NCBI RefSeq assembly: GCF_964355755.1
Contig: NC_092670.1
Span: 14,432,795-14,496,794, forward strand
Length of the DNA: 64,000 nt
DNA from: Antedon mediterranea
Lineage: Eukaryota; Animalia; Echinodermata
Direction of reading: 5' to 3'
Positions 50,797 to 63,500 of the stretch are shown here, in pieces. The position numbers and the translations under genes were made by a program. Under the pieces are notes generated by a model. That model was not told the origin of the DNA, ran no database searches, and worked only from the letters and a program-made list of their open reading frames with translations. The stretch's first letter is position 1; every line of letters starts with the position of its first letter.

Positions 50797-53700
50797 TTAG
50801 TTGGCATACTAATATCTGTAGTAGTCAGTTTTATTTCCTCTTATCAGTAAAAAGTGCATTAAAGATTACTGATTAGTATTTTACTGAGTGAATACTGTTG
50901 TTAGCTTCCGTTTTGAAATGAAGTTACGAGGACTAGGAATAATCATCTGTCATTGAGATAACATTATCTTGAGTAGAAATTAGATTGTAGCTAATGATAT
51001 TAAATAAGCTTACCTTATAAGTTATTATATTTCCTTCAACGTACTCTATTCCTTTCAATGCTAAAACACTGAATATGTATTGAATGAAACCGGCCTTGAT
51101 GCAGCTGTAGGCCTAATTAATGCCAAGTAATAACGCTTTCACTAATCAAATATTAACAATAACGTTTACAATTATCTCAGGGTAGGCCTCCAAGATATAA
51201 ATCCAATTGCAAAGGTGAATTGTTCAAATCCGCCTGCATCTTAACCACGTCCGTGATATACAGCGATACCCTACTAAAATAACTTCACCGGTCTATTTAT
51301 AACAACCCACAAATGTATTGTAAAATGTAACAGTTATACAACACTATAGATATCTCTTTGTTCAGCAGTTCCGCTTCGTCTGTCCATACACACAACCTAC
51401 AGGCTACAGTATTTCTTTGTGTGGCATTTGTGTGAGTGCCTGTAACAGCGTGTTAAATCAAATTTATCATCTGTATAATTTTCTTCTGCAGCAAAATGTT
51501 TCGCATTTTGGTGTGATATATACTTTAGAATATTAATGATAGTCCTCTTTCATAGCAATATTCCTCCGCATTTCCCCACAGTACTCGAAGAACTGACTCA
51601 TAACCAACCGTCACTTTTTTATAATGATCTTGCGGTTAGTCGAATGACATCTGATAACCCCTGTGTATTGTCCGCGTTCCATACACAAACAAATCATTAT
51701 TTCTGAACTGCTAATTACTGAAATGGAATAATTCATGCTAGCACATGCCCATCTTTCAACAAGGGAGCTAGATTATTTAACAACATTCTAATGTTCCCTC
51801 CGAATAAACATTTTTTTCCATAAATCTTTTTTTTATTTCCTCCTCCATATCCAATATGGATTTTTAAAAGTACATTTTAAAACACGTTTGTGGTTTGCAG
51901 CGCTGGTCACTAATTATAAACATCTAGATGAAATTGGTTTCTAATTGGAGGGATAGCTAAATAATTAATACTAAATGTAAACATTATAATGATATACTGT
52001 TCTAATGAAATGTTCCATACACTGACCTACTTTTGATGCCTTTGGCCACAGGACAACGGAATTATCAACCCCCTCCCCCTGGAGAGAAATGAGAGGAAAA
52101 TTTGTGAATCTGAATACATCGTATCAAAATCTAATTTATATTGATTAATATTTTATTTATCTAATTTGTTTTGTTTCTTTATTTCCATTCACAAAAAAAT
52201 AAACATACATAAATAATCATTACAAAACAAAAGAATAGAAAGAGGGAATCTCTGAAGCACAGCTTATTATAAGTATAGAAACCCCCTAATAATAATATGA
52301 TTTATTGTGCAACACGAATTACAGAAGATGTAAAGGATGCAGTTATATAATGAGGCCTACCAGATAACAGCTTGTCAGTATATGACGGAAACAATCCGTG
52401 CAAGGACAGCAATAATCTTTTGGGCACCGCAAGGTTCTGTAGAAACTATCGACTAGAATCGATTTCCGATTTCATCTTATTTTTATCGAAATAGTAGACA
52501 AAAATGTTTGTTTGTTCCACGAAGGAAATGTTGATACAGGGAGAAATAGTTTTGTACTGTTTACTTTAATTGAACTTACTGCATAACCGGTCTACATATC
52601 CGTTTCTGTTCTATTTCATCCATGTGTGGGTATAATTGAATGATTCTAGGCGTCTAATATTGATCAATACACATACAGTAAAATTAAAAAACTCACGGCT
52701 GGAAGTGGATGATCCATCAGTGTACGTTTGGGATTACCGCTTCACAAGTTTAATACAACTTTCACTCTCCATTAAATTTGTTAATGGCGTCGCGAAACTT
52801 ACACAATAAAGATGATGGCCAAGGGCGACTTGCTGCTGATGATGTCAGGCCTAGCTCTAGCCACATAAATCAATCAAATTGGAAATTAAGCAGTGAATAT
52901 GGGTTAATTATTACATCAGTGGACTGATGTATCAAGAGGAAATTAAGGAGTACACGCCCTTAGCTAGGCCTACATATCTGGCTATTTTATTTGTAATTAA
53001 ATTACATCATTTAGGAAAACGTAAACAACTTAGTTAAACATCACAATTGTATTTTAGTGATTTTATGTTGTGTGTGTTTAATAACAAGAAGGCGCGGAGC
53101 TTTTGAACCTAAAGAAACAGTGCGTTTGATCACAAATGAAATCTGCTAAAAAATTGAGAATATTTAAAATTACATATCAATCGATTCTCTGCACTATATT
53201 TCCACTTATGTCACGATCTGTCGAGTATTATCAATGGAAACTCTAAATAAGTTTCAATGTATCTTGCCTGTATTATGTTATGTTATGATAGAGACGTCAT
53301 GTGACATATATTACAAATGTGCCTATGAATAATGGATGATGTACCAAGAATCGACTATACTATAGTCAGTAAGGCTTTTTGGCTGACTGGTTGAAGTTCT
53401 CAGCATAGGTTTGAAAGATCTCCTTTTGTTTTTTCCTCCCTGTTTCTGAGCTCCGTCATCAATCCAACTTTCATGACAGATTAAGCATCTTGAAACATAT
53501 GATGCCAGATAACGTGAGAGGCTAATAGGTTAGGTTCAAACAATTCTCTTGGTACAGAAACTATTCGGTAGTCACCATTAGCGAATCTTATCCGTGGATA
53601 TTTTCACCTCTTCAAATATTTCCTTGTTAATTCCTCCTTTGCTTCATCCCATTACTCAATCGTAAAACTTGTGTGGTTTAGCAATTATAATTCCCAATAC

Positions 53701-56700
53701 ATTCTACATATTGATTGAATTATTACTCATAAATCTTACCGGTACATCAATCGGATTATTATTAACTGAATAAACTGAAAGCTAGAATCTGAATTTCTTT
53801 TGGAAAATCGAATTTAATAATTTTATTAAATGAGCTGTGGTCATTAACACCTTCTTCTTCTTCCTTTCATCACGTTCCTATTAATGACCCGCCCTGATTA
53901 TCGAGGAAATAAATACAATAATCAATCAAAAAACAATCAATTGAATAAAATAATTGAATGCTTTATCGATTAATGCCATGTCATTGTCAATAAATATATA
54001 AAGTTATGCTTTGTTTTCTTCTTCTTGCTGTTGTTGTATTTAGTGTATTAGGCATAGGCCTATAGACCTATTTATCAGCTTGACCCTCGGTATTATAATC
54101 AGCAAAATGTGTATAAAATCCTCCTGCATCTCTTTATATTTTTCAGGTTTTGTTATCAATAGATTTTAATGTTTTTTTTTTTTTTGTATTATTTTGCTTT
54201 GTGTTTTTTTTTAATTAGATAGGCCTACCTTACTCATAAATGTATTTTTTAAGAAATTAAAAATCAAAATCAAAGCTGAAATTGAATTGTCCCTCGTTGG
54301 TAGCTGGCGTCAAACAATGTTCAAATTTCCTCCAACTTCAGTGGTGAATCCAGGATTTTAAATCATCGGGCCGGGCATCGGGCTCATTGTTTTTTTTCCT
54401 GGGGATTCTCCCATTCCTGGACTCTTTGCAAAATGGAAAAGGACTATAGTCTAGCATCCCCTTGTTTTTCCATTTACCTGTCTGGCTTCTCAGCAGACTA
54501 TCAATAACGACCGCGTCACTCATTATATCTACATTAATATAGTTCTGCTGCTGCTGTAAACCGTAAGTGCTAATAATATTGATTTTATCTTTATGTGAAT
54601 AATACGTTCCGAGTGTAATGCACTTGGTTGACATTAAATTTAGCATGCAAGGTGATATTTTACGTTTTCTGACTTCAACTGAATAAAATGGGGTTAGGGA
54701 TTTCGAACCCTCAATATATATTGCAGGGATTTGAAATAGTGGATTCGTGTGGTCGAAGTAACACAACAACCCATGGAAGCTAAGCATTTATACACGATTA
54801 ATTGGGTCTGCTGAATGCATTTTGTGCTTTTTAACGATTTGTTGTCAGTGTGTGTAAAGTTTAGGCCTACCTCGCTAAAAGATTCGAAATGTAAATCCAA
54901 TTGTGCTTTGTAAAATTAGAAGAATCGATAGCTTCCAAAAAGGCGCGGCGCTTTCTCAACATGAAATTTGTCCTCCAAATTTGGTGTAAAATGTTTACGG
55001 TACGTTTCTAAAATCATACTTCTCTGTAAACATTACTAGTCATTTAATTAAATAAACGTTTTGTAATTTAAATCTTTCATGGAATGTCCTCAATTCATGA
55101 TTATATTCGATTTACGTTTGACTTTATTTCGTTCAGTAGTAATTGTCACGAATTACGTAATTGGAGATTCTATTATTTGATTTAAAATCTAGGCCTCACT
55201 CATCACTCGGTCTCTCTAGACTGAAATCCGACTTGATAGGCTGTTCACCTTCAGTTTGGATCGACCTTAAAGTTCAAACAAACAAATGTTCATTGTACTA
55301 GAAAATTAATTGATCTCTTTCCAGTAATTCTTGCCAGAATGTATTTCCGATTTGTGTTTGGAACGTTTTCGCAATCAATTCAGCACATAGTTGAAGGCCA
55401 ATTTGCGTTTTAAAATGTCGCCGAGAGAAACCTTCGGACGACAGGCCTACAAATCATTCCTAAATGTTGTATGTTGTTTTAAGGGCGTGATAGGCCTATG
55501 ACGACTTTAACGACATTAATGCCAAACACCAACCTTTTGGTGGGTTGATAGTATTTCTAGTATCATAGTTCTATTTTATTAAGCAGGAAGAGAAAATGCA
55601 ATAATGAACCACCGCGCGTCCAGAATATGATGATGCACGTCCGTTTTAGAAGAAACGTTAAGCCGCTGTCCGACATAGGCTAAAAATCACCGACAAATTC
55701 CATCCCATAATATATTTATTGGGATAATTCAAGCCCACGGTAATACATTTTACAATACAAGACGGTTTGTTAAAAATTAATTCGATAGGCCTAAACACAA
55801 AAATGTTTCCCTTCACTTCTTTATACCTACGTATTTAGGCTAAAAATATAACATCACTGTTAATTAATTGCATCCGATGAGCCATCGGTATTATTCAAGC
55901 TCATGTTCACAAGTTTATTTCAGAATAAAATCGAAATATTTAAAAAAAAAGAAACAAAAACTACAAAAAGTGAGATGTGTTGCGTTTAGTACCGTATTTC
56001 ACTAAATCAATACATTATAGATTCATTACCCTATACGTTCAATTTCAATTTAAAAATTCATGTCGGTGCGTAGACCTACAGCATTCAGTACCCCTCAGTC
56101 AGAGCGCGATGGTGAACACGGCGGCCACAGGGCCTCACTATCTTGACTGTATACTGCATCTAATAAGTGACCTGGATTTATACTTCTAAATGACAGAACA
56201 ACTGATGTACTTGTATTCAAAACCACAAGTATGGCACAGATAAATTGACTTTTGGGTTTTCATTTCATTCGTTTTTCTTTTTTTGAAATATGAAACTTGA
56301 CAATAAAATAGGGTCTTTGAGCATTGCCGCGTAATACTATGAACACGATACCACTTCAAAATGAATTCGGCAATAAAGTAGTATACACAGCGGTATTGTT
56401 AGTTCTACAATAGCTAATTCATTCGTGACCAAAGCTGTCATAAACCACACAACAAGTTAGCTTGTCGATAACATATCCTGTTATCAAGTATATAATATAC
56501 CAGTTACTTATTAAATATGTGGGTATTGACAAGATATATAAAAAATTCAACTGATGATAAGATAGTTTATTGGCAGATGTCTTGATAACGGAAGTACTAA
56601 GCCACATTTATAATAGACCTGGGTAATTGGTGATGAATATGAGCCGAATGCACTAGATTATGTACTTATCTAGATGTCTGCAGTATCATAGGACAATTTC

Positions 56701-58196
56701 GTGATACAGCATCACATGTGTTTTACATGTATCTACAGTAGTAGCCTAATACTTAATCTAAACTTGCATGAATAAGGCATGACATGTGATCACATGAGAT
56801 GCTGCATTGCGGAATTTTCCAATGACATAGGCCTACTTGGCAAATATTGTCTTCTCGCCTAAAATAGATTGTACTATTTTAATTGTAAATATTATTTATT
56901 GCCTTCTGACAAGTGGACCAGTAGATGATGATTTAAATAAAAAGATTGTAATTATTGATTTGATGCTGAAAAGATGTCATAATGATAAAGCGTCAACGCG
57001 ATAAATTCTATGGTGAATTAAAGGCATTTAATATTAGTACTGGACCTCTGTTGTCATGGTTATAGCATGGTTGAAGGTTGCAATGGAGGTGGATACATCA
57101 TAAACCACCAGAATCCGGAAGACAGCGCATCCGGCGTGACACGTGACCAATTAAATCGACAAAAGTAATTGTTCCTCGATTTTGAACATGGAGCGGGTCA
57201 TAGAGGAAGAAATGAGTTTGAATAAACGAATTATTTTTACATATTAATATTCTAATTTTGAAAAAAGAAAAAAAACAGAGTTAATTATAATATAGGTCTA
57301 CGTAGTCAGGTCTCCCAACCGGACTCTCTGCAAACCGGAAACTTTCTCAAATAACCAAACTTGTTTTAAAACATTTCCCGGATTCTTTTTTTACCATTAA
57401 AAATACCATACCATACCAGACATAGTAGGCTAGTCCAAGGCTAGGTATTGGAAGAGTTGACCATGTACAGTATATCCTTATTGATTGTTTTACGTACACC
57501 TACGCTCAGAACTGGATATTTAAACAATTTATTCCATTCACACGGTATAAATAACCTCTAATGTGGGTAATTTATTTAACAATAATATACAACAGCATAT
57601 CTAATACGATACACTAATAAACACAGACTTGCTGTGTTAAAATATAACAATTAGAACAATGGGTACAATACGGCGTTAGGTACTCATTGTCAAAGGGGTC
57701 TTACAAGCCACTATCATTATTAATAATGTGGGTTGTTCTTTTTCTTTAAAGAATTTATGATATGGCAGTGATTGCTGGAAGGTTTATCTTTGTAATTGTG
57801 GTTTAGAATAAAAACACACTTAAGCCTTTTTAAGTTTTATTAGCGAAAATAGACAGTTTATGGTATTACTATTAGTCGAGTCTTCCATTTATGAACAGGT
57901 GTATTCTACATATACGCTGTGCTGGTGTCGGAATCGTGTCCTGTGCTTGTTCACTCGCTTACTAAAGCTTGGTTCTTCCCACTTGGACGCCACAAATACG
58001 ACACATGACGCAACGCAAGAACGTAAAAACATTTGACCAATCACGGCCCGAATAGATTATCCGAAATTTCACTTATTTTATTGGTCAACTAATTCTCGTT
58101 CCCCGCGTAAATTCATTGCGTCGCATATTATATTAGTCGGCGGAGGAAAAGTTCATCATTAAAAACAAATCAGTAAACCGTGAGGTCTTAGGGTTA

Positions 58197-58350
58197 AGGC
58201 CAATTTACACAGACGAGCGGTAACGCCTAGCTTGTCCCATGTAGAATGTATATCTATCCTGAGCAGAAACCGCCCGTGTCTGCGTTTCGTGTCTGCGTTG
58301 TAAATAGTCATATTTTTATTACCGTTACCGCTCGTCTGTGTAAATGGCCT
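58197..58350. mobile_element. PIF/Harbinger-type MITE
   Basis: TIR AGGCCAATTTACACAGACGAGCGGTAACG / CGTTACCGCTCGTCTGTGTAAATGGCCT; TTA on both sides. Confidence 0.85.
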
Positions 58351-59241
58351 TTAGGCCTATACTTGACGTGTTTCAGAAAGATTCAGATACAATACATCAC
58401 TGTAGGCTTATATCCAACAAACTGAACAAAATTATTCTACTGCAGTTACTTCTTATTTACTCTTTACCCTGCAATTATTTATGAAGCTTTTATTGGGTAG
58501 GCCCAATCATACGCACTATTTATTGTAGTGACTGCATCATAAATGTTACATTGAAATAAACTAAAACCACACATTATTGCAGTAAAAATGTTTTAGTTTC
58601 TGCAGTAACTGCAGTAGAGTAATTGTTATATCCAATGTGTGTACATTGTGCATATTTCTCTATGGCTCCATACAGTAAACAGTAACTTCCGATTTGGTAC
58701 ATTTTATATCCCCTTGATAAGATAAATCAAACATTGATATCTATTATCATATAAAGTATATTAGCTGTGATAGAAACAGTTGTTTATAATAAAGATACGA
58801 TTTGTTTAAGTAACAAACACTGTAATTACTTGTTTCATTTCACTTTCCTTCCTATCACAATATCATATAGCTCGTTTATAAAACAAACTATGGACTTTGT
58901 CTCAGACAAGAGGAATCACAGAATTTCGTTTTTATTGTCTGTCTGGCATTGCCATTCTTGCTTATGATGAATCAAGATCTAAATGTTAATTCGTGACTCA
59001 TTTAAGTACCGTAACATAAAACACTGTCAACACATGTTCACACACCCACACACACATTCATAATTATGATACATTGGTAGGCCTACATGTTTTTTAACAG
59101 ATAGTAGACCCTATATAGTTGAGTTGGAGAAATACATTTTCAAATATTATGTAGTGTTTTCCACTAGAGGACATACATGCCTAATAAACGTCTGTTTCCA
59201 CTACTCGATTTTTTTCGCGTGAACAGTCATGCGTTCTTTTG

Positions 59242-59280
59242 GTTGCACCATGGACCTATTATAGGTCTCCATGGTTGCAC
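59242..59280. mobile_element. TSD-flanked micro-palindrome (putative P-superfamily footprint)
   Basis: GTTGCAC-[CATGGACCTATTATAGGTCTCCATG]-GTTGCAC. Confidence 0.75.
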
Positions 59281-60545
59281 ATGGTTTAACGCCGCAAAAA
59301 ATAGATGAAAACATGAACATACATTTATTTGCATACACCGTTCAAGCGTCGCGACGAATTATATTCACGCAGATAGACCCAAATGCTCTCAATAATCAAA
59401 TACTCTCAATAATCAAATAAAAATATAATGAATTCGATATGTCTGTTTTTAAATAAACACAATTCATTTCAATACATAGCCTCTTCATCCATATTATTAT
59501 GATTTTGAAAAAATGAACATATCTATTTGCATACACGGACGCTTTAAGCTTGGTTATCACTAGGACACAACGCAATGAAGTCACGGGAAACGCAAGTAAT
59601 CTGACCAATCACGACCCGTTCAATGACGATCCATTGTGTGGCGATTGGTCTGATTACATGAGTTCCATACTACTGGGGTCACCAAATGGCCCATGTTTCT
59701 ATGTGGTCAAAATGAATTCGATTGTTCCTAAGTCGGTTTTCAAATGCACACAATTTATTTCAATACATAACCCTGTTTAAAGTTCCTCAAGTCATCCATA
59801 TGATCGTATTTCCTTTAAAAGGAACATTGATTTGTTCAGCACCATTGAGCTAATGGTTTAAATTATAAAACAGACACAAATTAACACAAGAACTGTGATA
59901 ATGTTTTGTGTTGGCTTCTATCATATGAACAAAATAATTCTTTGCATTTAATAAATTAATACAATTATTATGATATTCTTAGTAATAAAGCTTATAATGT
60001 ATTGTTACATTTTGTTTGTTTAAAAACTGATTTGATAAACACTGTATTATTATGATGAATTATAATAAACCCGAGTAATTTTAAAACGTTTTAATCATCC
60101 TGTGTATTGCATTGTCTGCCTCATAAACCTTTACATTAAACAAACTAAAATCATACGTTATTTCAGTAAACAAAATGTAATTACTGCAGTACATGCATTA
60201 GAATAATTAGTGCAATTGTTTTGTGTATTTAGCATTTTAGTTTAAAACAAATTTTAACAAATTACTCATTTAATGATTTACACAATTTAATAACACACAC
60301 TCAACGGATGCTTGTCAATTTATTGCCAAGCCACAAAACATTAACAATACTCTGTACATACAAAAGTAATCATTTCTTCAAACGTAAACACACACACACA
60401 TCACAGTTTAATATTTCATCATCTCAAAGAGCAAATTTTTAAATATTCATGTACTGTACCGGTATTGTAGTGAAATTGATATAAATACTAAAGAAAATGT
60501 AAATATTACATAAAACTCCTTATCGTAATCTGAAACAGACCGATT

Positions 60546-63500
60546 TCACCGTCGCTGTGGAACCGGCGGTGGAGGCATGAGTCCGTGGTCACCTGAAAGT
60601 CCGCTAGGTCCGGGTCTTGACATTGGTTGCGTTGTTTGTTTTATGTGTGGTCTTAAGGCTTCGTGTTCAAGAAAATGTAATAAGTACGCCTGCGTGAGTG
60701 GTTCACAAATTGTTTGGCAAACATCTAAGTATAGAAATTACTAAAGATTAAAAACTTGAATGTCAATGTACGGAGTAGAGCCAATTTCCTTTACTTATGG
60801 AATTTGCCTTTTATATGTCAATCATGAAACATGTCTATAGCTGATTCACTGTACTGTATCTACACATATGGTCTTTAATCTGTAATACAGTGTCACATGT
60901 GCTGCCTGTATTATGGTACGGTTAGGTTAAAGGCCAGATATAAACATCACATGTGACCTGTATTACAGAATTTGCCTATTATACTGGATAAATTATGCAT
61001 AGCGTTAGCGAGTATCAGTTTGTAAACTTGTATTGATACAGAGCCATATATCTAAAAATTTAGTCCAATTGAAAAATAGTTTGAGAACATTGTCATATAA
61101 AAACATTACTTTAAATATAATATTAGAATATTTAAACAAAACGTTAAAAATTTGAAAAGTGAACTAAGAAGCATACACACAAAAGAAAGTAAATCACAAT
61201 TATCAAAATACTACATCTTAATCCTCCTTTTGTCATGCTCAATGTAATGTCAAAGTTCATTTAATGTCAAAGTTCATTTATTTATGCTTACTCATTGCTG
61301 TCTTGTATGCATTAGGAAAGCTTTTATCTGTCCTTTCTCTCATAAATACCCATTTATTATTTTCAAATGTACACTCAATTATTTTGTTGTCATACTTCTT
61401 CAAATCTTTAGTTACCTGTCAAAAAGGAAATTAAACAAAGGTGTCATTGTTGAACATGTCACAGTACAGTAATATTGAATGGCCCACCTGAATAATAGGA
61501 GTAAGTCAGAAAACCATTCTTCATGTGCTCAGAACATTAGCATAACCAGAGCTTAAGGGGCCCCAATGCAACTACCATTGGGGCACCTAAACCACTGGCC
61601 TTTTCCCTCCTTTGTTAACACCAATGACCCTGAAACATAAGTCTGTCTACAGAATGACAGCCGCAACAAGCAAAAACAAAATATTTACAATTTCTATGGC
61701 ATTTTTTTAATAAAATTAATTATAGCAAGTTGAGAACTCCGAGTAAAATATTGTGACAGTTCAACAATTGTCTCACCTTAATTTCAGCGAATGGTGGACG
61801 ATAATGTCCAACGTGTAGAAACCCTTTAGTTTCCGGAAGCATCCTAAAAATACATAAAAATTAGTGCATATTTGTTGCCAATACATTAGCAATGGGGATT
61901 GATGGATCCAAGGGAGGCCTGGCCCATTTCCAATCCGCATTTTAAAATACAATGATGCAAAAGATAACGTTATGTATTGATTTCAGCAGTTCATTTTAGA
62001 ATTTTAGGCCCTCCAGATTTTTTTTTAAAAGATAACTTACCCTGGACTTGTTACCCGTTGTATTTTTAACTTAAAATCAACAGAGTTCATGTCTGGTGGT
62101 TTCCACTTTAAAACTCTATCATTTCGACCAGGTGAATATTTCTACAAAAAAGGGTCAATAAGAAAATGAATTAAGACAAAATAACAAAAATAGCTCAAAT
62201 GTGAAAAAATTGTTGATAATTGGGTTGGATGATGTACAAATTAGCCATTTCTACTATAGTACAGTAGTGTATGTACTGCTCCAGTAGCTTAAATAGAGGG
62301 CGGTAGATATGTTATTATTGTAGACATACTTACATCTTTAAATGGCTGGAAAATAAGCCCATCAGTTTCATGACCTAAAGTACTTGCTTGTGAAAAATTA
62401 TCTCCTTCTAAAATCTAAACAAATATAGAAGTTGACAACAGAACGTTATAATTATAATGTGAATACTAGTGACAGGATACAGTACTCAAAAGGCAGACAT
62501 TTTGATTTCATACCCATTCATTCCACTGGGCTATGACTTTAAAAGGTTTTACTGTAACAAGGGGTTATAGGTGGGAAGGCATTCATCATGAGCTAGGCCT
62601 ATTACTATCATTTCCACTTCTAGGCTCTAGTTCAAAACGGGCACTTCAGCTGTAGTAGATCATATTAAGTTGCCCTTACCTTTCTAGCCCCTACCAGATC
62701 CCAAAATGGCTTAGCCCTAATACTGAATGGTTCGTTTGTGCGATCTATTTGTCCACTTTCAATGTGCTGCTTCCGGACTTGAATTATTTCTTTATCGATG
62801 CATAGTAACCTTCGACCAAAGTCACAATCACCCACTGGCTGACCCTGTAGAAATTGTTAAAGGTTTTTTCAAAATTGGAATCAAATATTAAAACTTTAAG
62901 TTTATTATGTAGAATACAAGCAAATTATCAAAATATGCACAATTTTGAAATAAAATTGCATCCATTTATTGCTGTAAGAATAAAAGGGCATTCACACCTG
63001 TTCCGTTTCACAGAACGAAGAACGGCACCGTTTTGTAAGAAAATCGAAAAGCGTTAAAACAATAGCAGCGTTTACACCAAATCCGTTCCGTGAAAAATGA
63101 ACGGCCGGTGAAAAACAACGGAACGGACAGATCGCTCATAATTTTATAGAAACGGTGCCGTCTTCCGTTCCGCGAACCGGAACAGGTGTGAATGCCCCTT
63201 TAGTGATAGGATTTGAACCTGTGACCTTTCATATAAAGGGTAGGTAACATATGATAGACCACAAAGCCATATTTTACTTTTAACAAAATACAACCTTTAT
63301 AAATGAAAATTCTTACCTCAAATTTAATAACATCATAAATTAAATATCTAGGCGTTGATACACCTGCTACAGTATCTATTATCATCTCCTAGAATAAAAA
63401 AAGAGATTAAAATTACAAGCATCATTTATTACATTCAATGAATAACTTAGTAATTGATTTAGCTTTTTGCTTATTTTATTTTGCATCTCTACTGAGTTCC

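Noticed and set aside
53370-53700. Protein-like decayed frame on the minus strand (WDEAKEELTRKYLKR*KYPRIRFANGDYRIVSVPRELFEP...)
   Set aside because: Four stops in about 100 codons is close to random expectation and I recognise no family; a BLASTX hit would be needed.
54338-54787. 149-aa minus-strand ORF in the intergenic region
   Set aside because: No recognisable domain, non-ATG start, no convincing splice partners.
59386-61281. Short tandem duplications of about 17 bp (59386-59418, 61243-61280)
   Set aside because: Ordinary slippage duplications with no further structure.
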